Both the position numbers and the translations under genes were made by a program. A stretch of 64,000 bases of DNA, taken from Succinivibrio sp. GTDB taxonomy: Bacteria > Pseudomonadota > Gammaproteobacteria > Enterobacterales > Succinivibrionaceae. The DNA lies in contig JAILLS010000049.1 of assembly GCA_024693025.1 (NCBI GenBank), positions 16,740 through 80,739 on the forward strand. Reading direction: 5' to 3'. The notes beneath the pieces were generated by a model, which was not told the DNA's origin, searched no databases, and worked only from the letters and a program-made list of their open reading frames with translations. Positions 48,981 to 61,787 of this stretch are shown here, one piece after another. Position 1 is the first letter of the stretch. Each line of letters starts with the position of its first letter.

Positions 48981-50516
48981 ATGGCCAAGAAAACTTTAGC
49001 CCTTATTATTATGGACGGCTGGGGCGATAACCCAGTGCACGAATTTAATGCCGTATATAATGCCAAAACTCCGGTTTTGGACGATTTATGTAAGAACTAT
49101 GCCAATACCGATATTCAGGCTTCCGGCATTGATGTCGGTCTGCCGGATGGTCAGATGGGCAACTCCGAGGTCGGTCACACCAATATTGGCGCCGGCCGCG
49201 TGGTCTATCAGGAATTAACCAGAATCTCCAAGGCGATTGCTGATCAGGATTTCTTTGCCAACCCGGTGCTCTGTCAGGCTGTTGACAAGGCCGTCAAAGC
49301 CGGCAAAGCCGTGCATGTCATGGGTCTGATGTCCCCAGGCGGCGTGCACAGCCATCAGGATCATATTATTGCCATGCTCAAGCTTGCAGCTCAGCGCGGT
49401 GCCAAGAAGATCTATTTCCATCCTTTCCTCGATGGTCGTGATGTACCGCCAAGATCTGCCCATGAATATATCGAGACCTTTGAGAAGGCCTTTGCTGAAA
49501 TCGGCGTAGGCAGAATTGTGTCCCTGATCGGCCGTTATTATGCGATGGACCGTGACAACCGCTGGGATCGTGTCCAGCAGGCCTATGATCTGCTCACCGA
49601 AGGCAAGAGCGAATTCCCAACCTATAATTCAGCCAAGGAAGCCCTGGATGCCGCCTATGCCCGTGGCGAGAATGATGAATTCGTCAAAGCCTCAACCGTA
49701 GGTGATGTAGTCAAGCTTGAAGACGGTGACAGTCTGATTTTCATGAACTTCAGAGCCGACCGCGCCAGACAGATTACCCGCAGCTTTGTCAATGATGATG
49801 CCAATTTCCAGGGCTTTAAGCGTCAGGTGAGACCACAGCTGGCTGACTTTGTCATGCTGACTCAGTATGCAGCCGACATTCACACCGCCTGTGCCTATCC
49901 GCCAGAGGATCTGCATAACACCTTAGGTGAATGGCTCTCCTCCCATAACAAGACCCAGCTGCGTATTTCCGAAACAGAAAAATATGCTCATGTGACCTTC
50001 TTCTTCAATGGCGGTGTGGAAACCGTGTTCCCGGGTGAAGATCGCATCCTGATTCAGAGTCCTAAGGTTGCCACCTATGATCTGCAGCCTGAAATGAGCT
50101 CAGGTGAGCTTACCGACAAGCTGTGCGCTGCCATTGAATCCGGCAAATATGATGTCATCATCTGCAATTATCCGAATGGTGATATGGTGGGCCACACCGG
50201 CGTATATGATGCAGCGATCAAGGCGGTTGAAGCTGTAGATACCTGCATCGGCAGAGTGGTTGAATCCTTAAGAAAGGTTGACGGCGAATGCCTGATCACC
50301 GCTGATCATGGTAACTGTGAACGCATGAAGGATTTACAGACCGGTCAGCCATATACTGCACATACCAATCTGCCGGTACCTTTCATTTATGTCGGACGCA
50401 AGGCGGAAATGCGCAAGGACGGCCGCCTCTGTGATATCGCTCCGACCATGCTCTATCTGATGGGCATGGACATTCCTAAGGAGATGACCGGTACCTCCAT
50501 CATTAAGCTTAAGTAA
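48981..50516 (+). CDS. gpmI: 2,3-bisphosphoglycerate-independent phosphoglycerate mutase
   Basis: [56 protein letters not shown]. Confidence 0.98.
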   Translation: MAKKTLALIIMDGWGDNPVHEFNAVYNAKTPVLDDLCKNYANTDIQASGIDVGLPDGQMGNSEVGHTNIGAGRVVYQELTRISKAIADQDFFANPVLCQAVDKAVKAGKAVHVMGLMSPGGVHSHQDHIIAMLKLAAQRGAKKIYFHPFLDGRDVPPRSAHEYIETFEKAFAEIGVGRIVSLIGRYYAMDRDNRWDRVQQAYDLLTEGKSEFPTYNSAKEALDAAYARGENDEFVKASTVGDVVKLEDGDSLIFMNFRADRARQITRSFVNDDANFQGFKRQVRPQLADFVMLTQYAADIHTACAYPPEDLHNTLGEWLSSHNKTQLRISETEKYAHVTFFFNGGVETVFPGEDRILIQSPKVATYDLQPEMSSGELTDKLCAAIESGKYDVIICNYPNGDMVGHTGVYDAAIKAVEAVDTCIGRVVESLRKVDGECLITADHGNCERMKDLQTGQPYTAHTNLPVPFIYVGRKAEMRKDGRLCDIAPTMLYLMGMDIPKEMTGTSIIKLK

Positions 50517-50543
50517 CTTAAGCTTAAATCAGGACTAAAATGG

Positions 50544-50572
50544 GCAGAGTGTCTTGGCACTCTGCTTTTTTT
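50544..50572 (+). terminator. Intrinsic terminator after gpmI
   Basis: GCAGAGTGTC-TT-GGCACTCTGC followed by T7. Confidence 0.8.
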
Positions 50573-50681
50573 AGCTTGGATGCTGATTGAGGCTGGGTCT
50601 AATTTTATGATATAACAGCTCATTTACTCAGTCATCAGCTAGCATATCAGGTTTTAACTCAACTGCAGAGGCAGCTTAATC

Positions 50682-51446
50682 ATGGATCTCTTATGGCTTC
50701 TCCTTGAACAGCTCAAACTATTTTGCTGCTCCATGCTCGCCAGCCTCTTAGCCTCCATATCAGGCGGCGGCGGAGGATTTATCCTCCTGCCTGCCTTAAT
50801 CCTGTTTGGTCTGCCTTTTCTCGAAGCCTTAGGCACGCACAAGGCCAGTATGCTGTTTATCGGACTTGGCAATCTCTCACGCAAAAACAGCCTGCAGAAT
50901 TTTAATCTGCACCTCTGCCTGATTTTGCTGTGCATAGGAGTGCCAGGAGTGATCTTAGGCACCGTGCTCGTCAGTCTGGTGCCAGAGCGCACAGCTAAAA
51001 TAACTTTAGGCCTACTCTCGATTCTGATGTCAGTCTATACCTTGTGCTCTAAAAATCTTATTGCGGATAAAGGCGAGAGTAAGCCCTCAAGACTGCGCAT
51101 GAGTCTTGGCGTACTGCTAATCCTGCTGATAGCTTTGCTGGCCGGCGCTCTGTCGACAGGAGCAGGCATTTTTCTGACCATTATCCTCACGCTCTGCTTC
51201 AATCTTGAACTCAAGCAGGCGATCCGCTACAGCGTGATCTTCGCTTCCACGGTATGGAATTTAGTCGGAGCGATAACCGTAGGTATGATGGTCCCCATTG
51301 CCTGGCACTGGCTGCCGGTACTGCTGGCCGGATCGTTTGTCGGAGGAATGCTGGGCGCGCGTGTACTCAATCACCTGTCCAAGCGCGCCGTCAAATATCT
51401 CTTTACCACCGTAGCATGTCTGAGTGGGGTGCTGCTGATTATCTAG
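50682..51446 (+). CDS. TauE/SafE (TSUP) family membrane transporter
   Basis: SGGGGGFILLPAL...GLP...ALGT.K, repeated GAG motif, about 8 TM. Confidence 0.85.
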   Translation: MDLLWLLLEQLKLFCCSMLASLLASISGGGGGFILLPALILFGLPFLEALGTHKASMLFIGLGNLSRKNSLQNFNLHLCLILLCIGVPGVILGTVLVSLVPERTAKITLGLLSILMSVYTLCSKNLIADKGESKPSRLRMSLGVLLILLIALLAGALSTGAGIFLTIILTLCFNLELKQAIRYSVIFASTVWNLVGAITVGMMVPIAWHWLPVLLAGSFVGGMLGARVLNHLSKRAVKYLFTTVACLSGVLLII

Positions 51447-51447
51447 C

Positions 51448-52803
51448 CTACAGACCTGACACCGTCATATCAGGGATCAGCAGGGAGCCTGATTTTAGCT
51501 TGTAGCGAGGATCGATATCCGTGCCTACCAGGGCAAGGTTGTGGAACATCTCCTTGAGATTACCCGCAATGGTGATTTCCTCTACGGCATGCTCCCGCTG
51601 ACCATTCCTGAAATAGTACCCGGTAGCACCGCGCGAATAATTACCGCTGATAATATCCACGCCCTGCCCCATCAGGCTGGTGACCACAATACCCTCTCCG
51701 GCCTCCTGCAGCAGCTCATCAAAGCTCTTGGTGTGCTCTGCATCTGCCAGAGCATAACAGGTACTGGTACCATCGGCATGACCATTGGATTTTAACCCCA
51801 GCTTGCGGGATGAATAAGAACTGAGCAGGTAGACTTCAAGTATGCCGCCTTTGATAAGCTCACTCTTATGCATGGCTACCCCTTCACTGTCATAAGCCTT
51901 CGAAGCCCGTTCGCCCTTGACCAGAGGGTCCTCAAGCAGGGTGAGAAATGGCGGCAGAATCTGCTTGCCCAGCATGTCACACAGATAGGAACTGCGCCGG
52001 TAGATAGCTCCGCCTGACATCGCAGTCAGCAGACTGCTCCACAGCGAGGTCATGGCATTACGGCTGAAAATAATATTATATTTGCCGGTTTTAACCGCAT
52101 GAGCATTGAGCATTTCCAGAGTCCGTTCCTGAGCCTCTGCAAAGATGTCCTCTTTGGACTTGAAGGCCTGATAGTTACAGTGCACATCGAACCCGCAGCC
52201 CCGCTGCATTTTGCCGTCTGACTGCCCGATCAGGGTTAATTCAAGCGCGGAGTTGCTCAGGGATCTGGCCGAACAGAATCCTGCTGAGTTAGCCAGCGCT
52301 GTGGTAAACACTGCCGAAGAAAATTCAGCTCCATCACTGTTTTTGATGGCTTCATCCTTATGCTCCAGCGCATACTGCTCCAGGCTAACAGCCGTAGCTA
52401 CGGCTGCATCAGCATCGGTTTGAGCCGGATATAAGATGTCAAGCTCCGGAAAATGCTGACAGAGTAACTCCGCATCCGCGATGCCTGCACAGGGATCCTC
52501 ATCAGTAAAGGAGGCAATGCTCAAGGCCGACTGAATGCATTCACGGATCGCCTGATGAGTGAGATCCGTGGTAGAGGCGCTGCCGCGCTTATGGGAGACA
52601 TAGACCGTAATTTCCATACCCTGATCTTTATTGAATTCAAGATTTTCTATCTCTCCGCCGCGTGAGGATACGGAAATGCCTTCTGCACCGCCGATGCTGA
52701 CCACACTCTCAAAAGCTCCCATACTCTTAGCTTCTGCCACTGCATATGCAGCGAGATCCTTTAGAGCTGACTCTTTAGCTCTGACCGTATCTTTAAAACT
52801 CAT
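51448..52803 (-). CDS. pmbA: Metalloprotease PmbA/TldE
   Basis: GSASTTD, YDSEGV, LLSSYSSRKLG, GQGVD..SGNYSRGA.G, EEITIAGNL. Start moved to ATG 52803. Confidence 0.93.
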   Translation of the reverse strand: MSFKDTVRAKESALKDLAAYAVAEAKSMGAFESVVSIGGAEGISVSSRGGEIENLEFNKDQGMEITVYVSHKRGSASTTDLTHQAIRECIQSALSIASFTDEDPCAGIADAELLCQHFPELDILYPAQTDADAAVATAVSLEQYALEHKDEAIKNSDGAEFSSAVFTTALANSAGFCSARSLSNSALELTLIGQSDGKMQRGCGFDVHCNYQAFKSKEDIFAEAQERTLEMLNAHAVKTGKYNIIFSRNAMTSLWSSLLTAMSGGAIYRRSSYLCDMLGKQILPPFLTLLEDPLVKGERASKAYDSEGVAMHKSELIKGGILEVYLLSSYSSRKLGLKSNGHADGTSTCYALADAEHTKSFDELLQEAGEGIVVTSLMGQGVDIISGNYSRGATGYYFRNGQREHAVEEITIAGNLKEMFHNLALVGTDIDPRYKLKSGSLLIPDMTVSGL

Positions 52804-52888
52804 ATCCACCCTTTCATCCACCATCGCGACTTGATTGTAACTATTGAAATTGTTTGCTAAAATCCCCAAAAAATCAAGAGGGGTCATT

Positions 52889-53890
52889 ATGCTCTACTAT
52901 AAGAAATTACTCAGCTTTTTACAAACCTATGGCCTCTTTGTTTCTTTATTTACCGGCATCAGCGTATACTGCTTCTTTCATTTCACCAGTTTTTTAAATC
53001 CCCTTAAGGCACCGCTGATCAGGCTGACCGATAACATTCTGCCGATCTTCATTTTCTTTATCCTGTTTTTTTCCTTCTGTAAAATCAAACTCAAGGAAAT
53101 GCGTCCACGCCGCTGGCACTTTCTGGTCCTGGCCGTGCAGATTCTAGTACCTTTACTCTTAGCCATCTACCTCTACTACACTCCAGAATCGAATTATTTC
53201 GTAGTGATAGAAAGTATCATTATCTGTATCATCACACCAACCGCTGCTGCTGCAGCAGTCATTGGCGGTAAGCTGGGCGGCAATGAATCCTCCGAAACGA
53301 CCATGGTGATCCTCAGTAATTTTGCCACCGCCCTGTGTATCCCGCTCTTTTTCCCGCTGTTTACCTCTAAAATCAGCGGCACCTTTTTTGAACAGTTTCT
53401 CTTTCTGCTCGGCAAGATCTTTCCCATCATCATCTGTCCACTGTTTCTGGCTGCGCTGGTTAAAATCTTTTTCCCTAAAATTCATAACTTTATTGTCACC
53501 AGGCTGAAAAATGCCGCCTTCTGGCTCTGGATGGTCAATCTTTCCATGGTGCTGGCCCGAGCCATCACCAATGCCGTTCACTCAGGCAGCGATTACAGCA
53601 TGCTCTTGGTGCTGCTGCTAGTCGGACTGCTTGCTACAGTGCTGCAGTTTGGTATCGGCAAGCTCATCGGCAGTATCGATGGACAGAGGATCACCGGCGG
53701 ACAGGGTTTAGGTCAGAAAAATATGGTCTTTGGCCTGTGGGCAGCCTTAAGCTATCTCTCGCCTACGGTAGCGATCAGCTGCGGCGGCTATATTCTGTGG
53801 CAGAACTTTTTCAATGCCGCCCAGATGACCATGCGCGAAAAACACGTTCAGAAGGCACTAAGTCAGCATCAGTCCCCCTATCAGGAATAG
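52889..53890 (+). CDS. Bile acid:sodium symporter (BASS)-family transporter
   Basis: Multi-TM with PTAAAAAVIGGKLGG and GQGLGQKN motifs. GAGGGG precedes ATG 52889. Confidence 0.75.
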   Translation: MLYYKKLLSFLQTYGLFVSLFTGISVYCFFHFTSFLNPLKAPLIRLTDNILPIFIFFILFFSFCKIKLKEMRPRRWHFLVLAVQILVPLLLAIYLYYTPESNYFVVIESIIICIITPTAAAAAVIGGKLGGNESSETTMVILSNFATALCIPLFFPLFTSKISGTFFEQFLFLLGKIFPIIICPLFLAALVKIFFPKIHNFIVTRLKNAAFWLWMVNLSMVLARAITNAVHSGSDYSMLLVLLLVGLLATVLQFGIGKLIGSIDGQRITGGQGLGQKNMVFGLWAALSYLSPTVAISCGGYILWQNFFNAAQMTMREKHVQKALSQHQSPYQE

Positions 53891-53906
53891 AGAGACTTCA
53901 AGCCTG

Positions 53907-54284
53907 TCAGTCAAAGGCCTTGATAGGCTCTACGACAAAATCCTGATCATCAAGCGGCATATAGCCTAGCTGGACCTGCTCGGCACTCAGGGCCGCAACC
54001 CAGTTCTGATTCCAGGCTGACAGCGTAATAAACTGCGGCTTGCCTGCCACGTCCTTATAACTTGCCAAGAACAGTTCAAGATAGCGGGGATGACTGAACA
54101 CCGGCAGGATATTGGCCTCAGGCTCATCCTCCTGACCAGGCTGCTGCAGGAGTACCGGTCCCTCTTCGTTAACCAGCACGTACAGGCCCTGCTGCTGTCT
54201 GACCTTCTCCTCAAAATAGTTCTGACGATATTCGCCATTTAACTGTTTTACCGCTTCAAATTCCTTATCACTTAATTCTTCCAT
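53907..54284 (-). CDS. DUF2750-like hypothetical protein
   Basis: V..L....R..YF...V......Y.L...EG, LPVFSHP, and W...W...L pattern; 2 nt after the uvrA stop. Confidence 0.6.
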   Translation of the reverse strand: MEELSDKEFEAVKQLNGEYRQNYFEEKVRQQQGLYVLVNEEGPVLLQQPGQEDEPEANILPVFSHPRYLELFLASYKDVAGKPQFITLSAWNQNWVAALSAEQVQLGYMPLDDQDFVVEPIKAFD

Positions 54285-54286
54285 GC

Positions 54287-57130
54287 TTAATATCCTCGCT
54301 TTAAGATAGGGGCTAAAAACTGTCCGGTGTAAGACTGCTTGCAGGCTGCAACCTCTTCAGGTGTTCCCGTCGTCACGATGGTGCCGCCGCCAGAGCCTCC
54401 TTCAGGACCAAGATCAATTAGATAATCGGCGCTTTTTATCACATCCAGATTATGCTCGATTACAATAATGGTATTGCCTTCATCACGCAGCCGCGTAATC
54501 ACACTAAGAAGCTGTTTTACATCATGAAAATGTAGTCCTGTCGTAGGCTCATCCAGCACATAGAGGGTTTTGCCTGTCGAACGTTTGGACAGTTCCTTAG
54601 ACAGCTTGATTCTCTGCGCCTCACCTCCCGAGAACGTGGTGGCAGCCTGTCCTAAGGTAATATAAGGCAGGCCCACATCCAGCAGGGTCTGCAGCTTACG
54701 GGCAATCGACGGTACCGCACTGAAGAACTCCAGAGCTTCTTCTACATTCATATTGAGCACTTCAGAGATATTCTTTCCTTTATAGAGTACTTCCAGGGTT
54801 TCACGGTTATAGCGCGCCCCGTGACACTCCTCGCACTGTACGTAGACATCAGGCAGAAAGTTCATCGAGACTCTGATCACGCCATCTCCCATACAGGCCT
54901 CACAGCGTCCGCCTCTGACATTGAAGGAAAACCGCCCCGGTCCATAGCCGCGCGCTCTTGCTTCAGGAGTCTTGGCAAACAGATCGCGGATCTCCTGAAA
55001 CAGTCCGACATAAGTGGCGGGATTAGAGCGCGGCGTCCGCCCGATCGGGCTCTGATCGATACGGATGATCTTGTCAAACAGTTCAAGTCCTGAAATCTTC
55101 TTGTAAGGCGCCGGCTCTTCATTGGCGGTCACCTGATTAAGCGCCCGCTCTGCCACTCTGACCAGGGTATCATTAACCAGGGTAGATTTTCCGGAACCCG
55201 AGACCCCTGTCACCACCGTAAAGCAGCCATAAGGGAAAGAGGCTTTGATATTTTTAAGATTATTGCCCGTACAGCCCTCTAGAATCAGAGCCTGACCTTT
55301 TTTCGCCTTGTGCCGCAGCTTGGGGATCTCGATGACCTTGCGCCCTGACAGATAATCACCGGTCAGAGAGTCCTTGCATTTTATGATCTCCTCGATATTG
55401 CCGCAGGCCACAATCTCACCGCCATGAATGCCTGCACGCGGACCCACATCAAGAATACAGTCGGCAGCACGCATCGTCTCCTCATCATGCTCGACCACAA
55501 TCACGGTATTGCCTAGATCTCTTAAATTCTTCAGGGCTGCTATCAGCTTGCTGTTGTCACGCTGATGCAGACCGATACTGGGCTCATCGAGAATATACAT
55601 CACGCCCATCAGCCCGGCACCGATCTGACTTGCCAGCCTGATGCGCTGAGCCTCTCCGCCTGACAGGCTTTCAGCTGATCGGGCCAGAGTCAGGTAACCC
55701 AGACCGACATTGATTAAAAAGCCGAGTCTCGCTCTGATTTCCTTGAGGATCCGGCGGGCAATTTCCTCCTCCTGAGAGCTGAGCTTTAAATCCTCAAAAA
55801 ATTTACTCACCTCGTAAATCGACATGCAGCTTACTTCAGGCAGGCTTTTATTTCCCACAAAAACATGACGATACTCTCTCTTCAGGCGCTGTCCGTGACA
55901 ATCAGGACATTCCTGCGGAGTCATCAGAGTCGCTATATAGTCCTTAACATAATCAGATTCAGTTTCCCTCAGCCTGCGCTCAAAGTTAGGAATAACCCCT
56001 TCAAAAGGCTCCACGCGCTTCTCCACCTTTTTGCCCGAATTTGAGGTAAAGACCATCGGAATAGCCTCGGTGCCGGTGCCATAGAGTATCAGCTGGCGTT
56101 CTTTAGCACTTAGTTTGCCAAAAGGCTTATGCAGATCAATATGATAGTAATCAGCAAGGGCCTCTAAAAACCTGAAGTAGAACACGTAGCGCCGATCCCA
56201 GCCTTCAATCGCCCCTTCCCAGATGGATTTGTTTTCATCCCGAATAATCTTGTTCTCATCGATCACCATCAGAGAACCTAAACCGTCACAGGTAGGACAG
56301 GAACCATGCGGATTATTAAAGGAAAAATCGCGCGGCTCCAGTTCAGGTATGGAATAACCGCAGATCGGGCAGGAAAAACGCGAAGAATAGGTAATCTCCT
56401 CAGACGGCTGATGCTCATCCATAGGCGCGACCACCACCAGTCCTTCGGAATATTTAAGCGCCGTTTCAAAGGAATCGGCCAGGCGCTGCTTTAGATCAGC
56501 TCTGATTTTAAAGCGATCCACCACGAGCTCAATATCATGCTTGATTCTTAAACCTAACTCCGGCGGATCCTGCAGATCGCAGATCTCCCCGTCGACTCTG
56601 GCCCGGATAAAGCCATCCTTAGCGAGCTGCGCAAAGAGCTGCTTATACTCGCCTTTTCTGCCGCGGACCACCGGAGAGAGAATCATATATTTCTGCCCCT
56701 CAGGCAGACTCAGCGTAGCATCCACCATCTGCGAGATGGTCTGCGCCTTAAGTATGGTGCCATGCTCCGGACAGCGCGCCTCACCGACTCTGGCCCACAA
56801 CAGACGCATATAATCATGGATTTCGGTAATGGTGCCTACTGTCGAACGTGGATTATGAGAGGTGGATTTCTGCTCAATCGAGATGGCAGGCGATAAGCCG
56901 TCAATGGAATCCACATCCGGCTTATCCATCTGCTGTAAAAACTGACGCGCATAGGAACTAAGGGATTCCACGTAACGGCGCTGTCCCTCCGCATACAGAG
57001 TATCAAACGCAATCGAAGATTTTCCTGAGCCAGACAGACCGGTGATCACCGTCAGCTTGTCACGCGGGATCTTAATATTCAGATTCTTTAAATTATGGGT
57101 GCGCGCCCCACGGATAACAATATCAGCCAT
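54287..57130 (-). CDS. uvrA: Excinuclease ABC subunit A
   Basis: Two ABC modules ([27 protein letters not shown]), zinc-finger CxxC motifs; 947 aa. Confidence 0.99.
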   Translation of the reverse strand: MADIVIRGARTHNLKNLNIKIPRDKLTVITGLSGSGKSSIAFDTLYAEGQRRYVESLSSYARQFLQQMDKPDVDSIDGLSPAISIEQKSTSHNPRSTVGTITEIHDYMRLLWARVGEARCPEHGTILKAQTISQMVDATLSLPEGQKYMILSPVVRGRKGEYKQLFAQLAKDGFIRARVDGEICDLQDPPELGLRIKHDIELVVDRFKIRADLKQRLADSFETALKYSEGLVVVAPMDEHQPSEEITYSSRFSCPICGYSIPELEPRDFSFNNPHGSCPTCDGLGSLMVIDENKIIRDENKSIWEGAIEGWDRRYVFYFRFLEALADYYHIDLHKPFGKLSAKERQLILYGTGTEAIPMVFTSNSGKKVEKRVEPFEGVIPNFERRLRETESDYVKDYIATLMTPQECPDCHGQRLKREYRHVFVGNKSLPEVSCMSIYEVSKFFEDLKLSSQEEEIARRILKEIRARLGFLINVGLGYLTLARSAESLSGGEAQRIRLASQIGAGLMGVMYILDEPSIGLHQRDNSKLIAALKNLRDLGNTVIVVEHDEETMRAADCILDVGPRAGIHGGEIVACGNIEEIIKCKDSLTGDYLSGRKVIEIPKLRHKAKKGQALILEGCTGNNLKNIKASFPYGCFTVVTGVSGSGKSTLVNDTLVRVAERALNQVTANEEPAPYKKISGLELFDKIIRIDQSPIGRTPRSNPATYVGLFQEIRDLFAKTPEARARGYGPGRFSFNVRGGRCEACMGDGVIRVSMNFLPDVYVQCEECHGARYNRETLEVLYKGKNISEVLNMNVEEALEFFSAVPSIARKLQTLLDVGLPYITLGQAATTFSGGEAQRIKLSKELSKRSTGKTLYVLDEPTTGLHFHDVKQLLSVITRLRDEGNTIIVIEHNLDVIKSADYLIDLGPEGGSGGGTIVTTGTPEEVAACKQSYTGQFLAPILKRGY

Positions 57131-57534
57131 AGACTAAAATACTCAGATTAGGTAAGCTTTGAGATGCCTTGAAAATCAGGTAAAACTCAGGATGTACAAG
57201 TCAGTTCTTTACTGCTCAATTATAGGCAGATCTCCGACTTTGCGATAGTCTTACCCAGTCTGAGCCCTGACAAAAAATAAAAACACAATATATAAGATAA
57301 AGTTAAGCCCCGATAACCGCGTTTAATAGGATTTTAGGTGAGCTTTAAAAAAGATTAAAATTTTTTTTGCTATTGTGTGTAGGTCGGTTGTTTTAAGAAA
57401 AAAACCCAACAGCTTAAAACTAAAATGCTAGAATTTTACTGATTAAGCATCAGTTGTTAGTGTTTAGTTTTAGCTTAGCTAAGTCAGGATCATGTTCCTG
57501 ACTAAAAATCACCTTAAAATTTAGGATATTATAA

Positions 57535-58140
57535 ATGCCTCGTGGATTAAATAAAGTAATTTTGATCGGTAATTTAGGAGACGAACCAGTTATCAGAAAA
57601 ACCAGCAACGGCAATTCAGTAGCTAATTTCTCCATGGTTACCAATGAGCTGCGGCGCAACACCCAGACCGGGGAGAGTACCGAATTTGCTGAATGGCATC
57701 GCATTGTGCTGTGGAACAGACTTGCAGAGGTGGCTGAGCAATATATGCATAAGGGCTCGCGCATCTATCTGGAAGGTAAAATCAGAAATCGCTCTTATGT
57801 AGACAAGAACAATCAGAAAAAATATGTAACCGAAATTCAGGCTGATGAACTGCTGCTGCTTGATGCACGACAGGATAGCACAGAGTCCGCCGTACCGGCC
57901 AGGCCCTATGCAAATCCTGCTCCGGTGCCTCAGGCTGAGTCAGGCTATGGCTCAAATCCTTATCCGAACAATGCCTATGAGCAGGCAGCTCCACAGCCTA
58001 ATGCTTTTGCGCCTAATAACTATCAGCGCCAGCCATCTCCTGCCGCACCTGCACCTCAGCCTCAGCGAGAGGTACAGCCTCAGCAGGATGCTCCGCTCAC
58101 TGAGCCAAATACTCTGATGGATGAACAGATTCCATTCTAA
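57535..58140 (+). CDS. ssb: Single-stranded DNA-binding protein
   Basis: RGLNKVILIGNLG OB fold, EWHRIV, P/Q/N-rich linker, acidic tip DEQIPF. Confidence 0.97.
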   Translation: MPRGLNKVILIGNLGDEPVIRKTSNGNSVANFSMVTNELRRNTQTGESTEFAEWHRIVLWNRLAEVAEQYMHKGSRIYLEGKIRNRSYVDKNNQKKYVTEIQADELLLLDARQDSTESAVPARPYANPAPVPQAESGYGSNPYPNNAYEQAAPQPNAFAPNNYQRQPSPAAPAPQPQREVQPQQDAPLTEPNTLMDEQIPF

Positions 58141-58152
58141 AATCATATAAAT

Positions 58153-58179
58153 AAAGGGTCTGCTCTGCGCAGATCCTTT
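58153..58179 (+). terminator. Terminator after ssb
   Basis: AAAGGGTCTGC-TCTGC-GCAGATCCTTT. Confidence 0.6.
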
Positions 58180-58515
58180 CATCCTCCGGGCAGCGCGGAC
58201 CAGCTTGCCTGCTATCCTTAGCGTTAAGCCAATGTGCAAAAGCTGTGCTTCAAACAAGCTCCTTAACAAGCTATCTCTTGATTTTTAGCAACAATAAAGT
58301 AAAATACGACAATGAATGCTCTTTGAGCATACCAAAAACAAGCCGAATGAATGCTGACTGCAAGCCTGTAGACGACGAATCATCCTAATCAAGAATGAAA
58401 GGCAGCTCATTCCAAAGCTGAATTATTTTTGCAACTCATAGTGAGCCAGTCGCTCCTCTGAGGTTTTTTTATTACTTTTTTAAAAAAAAGCTAAGTAGCT
58501 TTAGGCACCAATTAA

Positions 58516-59565
<1,050 letters not shown>

Positions 59566-59574
59566 TCTTCAAGG

Positions 59575-59602
59575 AAAAGGATCCTCTGCGGGATCCTTTT
59601 TT
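59575..59602 (+). terminator. Terminator-like hairpin between mreB and mreC
   Basis: AAAAGGATCC-loop-GGATCCTTTTTT. Confidence 0.7.
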
Positions 59603-59609
59603 AATTTGC

Positions 59610-60626
59610 TTGCTATATGCGGATTTTGCAGTGAACACCCCGGATCAATCCAACATCATCAATCATTTGCGTTTCTTAGTAGTAGCTGTGCTATCACTGG
59701 TGCTAATGTTTGTTGATGTCCGTACCAAATTACTCAACAATTTTAGGTTTTATGTAGAAACTGCGCTCTACCCCATTTTAGCTCTGGCTGATTCACCCAA
59801 TTCCTTATCACGCCTGGTGACTACCCAGTTCAAGAGTCACAGCGATCTCATCAAAGAGAATGAGGAACTGGCAGAAGAGAATTATATGCAGAAGGCAGAT
59901 CTCCTGCGCCTGCGGGCTCTGGAGGCAGAAAATGCGGCAATGCGCAAACTCCTTAACTCTGCTGAGCAGCCGGCCAGTAAGCGCCTGTTCAGCAAAGTCA
60001 TCGACGTTGATTCTAATCCTTATCTTAAGCGCGTCGTGGTCAATCAGGGCACCAATGCAGGAGTTTATCAGGGCATGCCGGTAGTGACTGATACAGGTCT
60101 GGTAGGACAGGTCATTTCGGTCAACTATAATTTTTCCCGCGTGCTGCTTATTACCGATCAGAACTGCTCGGTGCCGGTGATGAACAGCCGCACCCATGTC
60201 AGGTCCATTGCTACAGGCAGCGGACTGGACAATGAGCTGCTGATTAACAATGTGCCGCGCAGCACCGACATTCAGATCGGCGATCAGCTTATCACCTCGG
60301 GTTTAGGCGGTGTCTATCCTGAAGGATATCCGGTTGCAACCGTAAGTTCCATCGGTTATTCAGAAACTCAGCCTTTTGCTCTGGTCAAAGCCAAACCTGC
60401 AGTTGACATGGACAAGATGCGTTATGTGCTGATGTTTTTCTATAATAATGTCGATAATGACCAGAATGACGGCGTTAAGCCTAAACAGCCTTCAGATGGT
60501 AAGGTGATCTTGAGACAGAAGAAAATCAAAACGCTGATCGATTCTCTTTCGATTTCCAATGCGCCTGAGAATGATCAGGCCCAAGAGCAGAATAGCCAAA
60601 AGGAACAGCCTGAGCATGTCGAATAA
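59610..60626 (+). CDS. mreC: Rod shape-determining protein MreC
   Basis: TM, coiled coil, GLVGQV, SRVLLITD, TSGLGGVYPEGYPVA. Start may be GTG 59631. Confidence 0.95.
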   Translation: MLYADFAVNTPDQSNIINHLRFLVVAVLSLVLMFVDVRTKLLNNFRFYVETALYPILALADSPNSLSRLVTTQFKSHSDLIKENEELAEENYMQKADLLRLRALEAENAAMRKLLNSAEQPASKRLFSKVIDVDSNPYLKRVVVNQGTNAGVYQGMPVVTDTGLVGQVISVNYNFSRVLLITDQNCSVPVMNSRTHVRSIATGSGLDNELLINNVPRSTDIQIGDQLITSGLGGVYPEGYPVATVSSIGYSETQPFALVKAKPAVDMDKMRYVLMFFYNNVDNDQNDGVKPKQPSDGKVILRQKKIKTLIDSLSISNAPENDQAQEQNSQKEQPEHVE

Positions 60627-61140
60627 GAATAGCAATTATCATTCTATTTATCTGTTATTTTTACCTTTATTGTTTATCAGTCTGATCCTGCAGGTGATCA
60701 GACTGCCTGAGATTTTGGACGAAAACCGCCCGGATGTGATTCTGCTGGTGCTGCTCTTTTTTGCGTTAATTAACAATAAACAGGTAACCATAATCTTTGC
60801 CTGGTTCACCGGCCTTATTCTCGATATTCTCTCAGGTGCTACCTTTGGCATTAACGCTCTGATGCTGGCCACCCAGTTTTATCTGATCCTCACGCCGTTT
60901 TCACATTTCCCGCAATATAGATTGTGGCAGCAGGCTCTGATCATTGGCATCGTCAATCTGATCGTCCATATTTTCTGTTACTGGTTTGAACATCTGATCG
61001 GCATTACCTTCTATCGCCCTTCATTTTTAATCCCTTCGGGTGTGCTGGTCCTACTCTGGCCCATTGCCTATTTCTTATTGGCGATCCTGTGCAATGCCTT
61101 CTCGATTGCCATCAAGCCTAAAGAAAACAGTTTGACCTAA
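60616..61140 (+). CDS. mreD: Rod shape-determining protein MreD
   Basis: Hydrophobic; RPD..LL, AW..GL.LD.L.G..FG.NAL, WQQ. ATG 60616 overlaps the end of mreC. Confidence 0.92.
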   Translation: MSNKNSNYHSIYLLFLPLLFISLILQVIRLPEILDENRPDVILLVLLFFALINNKQVTIIFAWFTGLILDILSGATFGINALMLATQFYLILTPFSHFPQYRLWQQALIIGIVNLIVHIFCYWFEHLIGITFYRPSFLIPSGVLVLLWPIAYFLLAILCNAFSIAIKPKENSLT

Positions 61141-61161
61141 TATGACACAAGAGGCGTAGCT

Positions 61162-61785
61162 TTGATGAATACTCCGCACAATTTGCCTCAGCGTATTCCA
61201 GAGCTGATTCTGGCATCTGGCTCACCGCGCCGCGCCCATTTCATGCAGCTGCTCAATCTGCCTTTTACCATTCAGGAACCCGACGTGGATGAGAGCCGTC
61301 TCCCCGGGGAGACACCTAAGGATCTGGTATTGCGCCTCTCTCTGCTCAAGGCCTCGCATGTTGCGGCAGCTAATCCTGACAAGCTGGTGCTGGCCGCAGA
61401 TACTGTGGTGGCTCTGGGGAATCAGGTGTTTGGCAAGCCTAAAGATCGTCATGATGCTTTTCTGATGATTAAGGAATTACAGGGTAAAACTCATCAGGTC
61501 TATACCGGAGTTGCCTTAAGACTTGGCCATACCTATAGAAATTTCTGTGAATGTACCTATGTTACCTTTGCAGCTTTAACTGATGATTTGATTCAGGCCT
61601 ACGTCGACACCGGCGAAAGTGATGATAAATCAGGCTCCTATGCGGTACAAGGCACAGCCTCGCTCTTTGTCACCAAAGTTGAAGGCTCTGTCAGTTCCGT
61701 GGTTGGTTTACCGATCAGTCAGGTGCGCGAAGCGCTCTCTGAATTTGGTCTCATCCCTAAAACATTAAAAGAGGCTGACGCATAA
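61162..61785 (+). CDS. yhdE: Maf/YhdE nucleoside-triphosphate pyrophosphatase
   Basis: LILASGSPRR, VDES, LAADTVV, KP, DKSGSY, VVGLP. Confidence 0.93.
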   Translation: MMNTPHNLPQRIPELILASGSPRRAHFMQLLNLPFTIQEPDVDESRLPGETPKDLVLRLSLLKASHVAAANPDKLVLAADTVVALGNQVFGKPKDRHDAFLMIKELQGKTHQVYTGVALRLGHTYRNFCECTYVTFAALTDDLIQAYVDTGESDDKSGSYAVQGTASLFVTKVEGSVSSVVGLPISQVREALSEFGLIPKTLKEADA

Positions 61786-61787
61786 AT

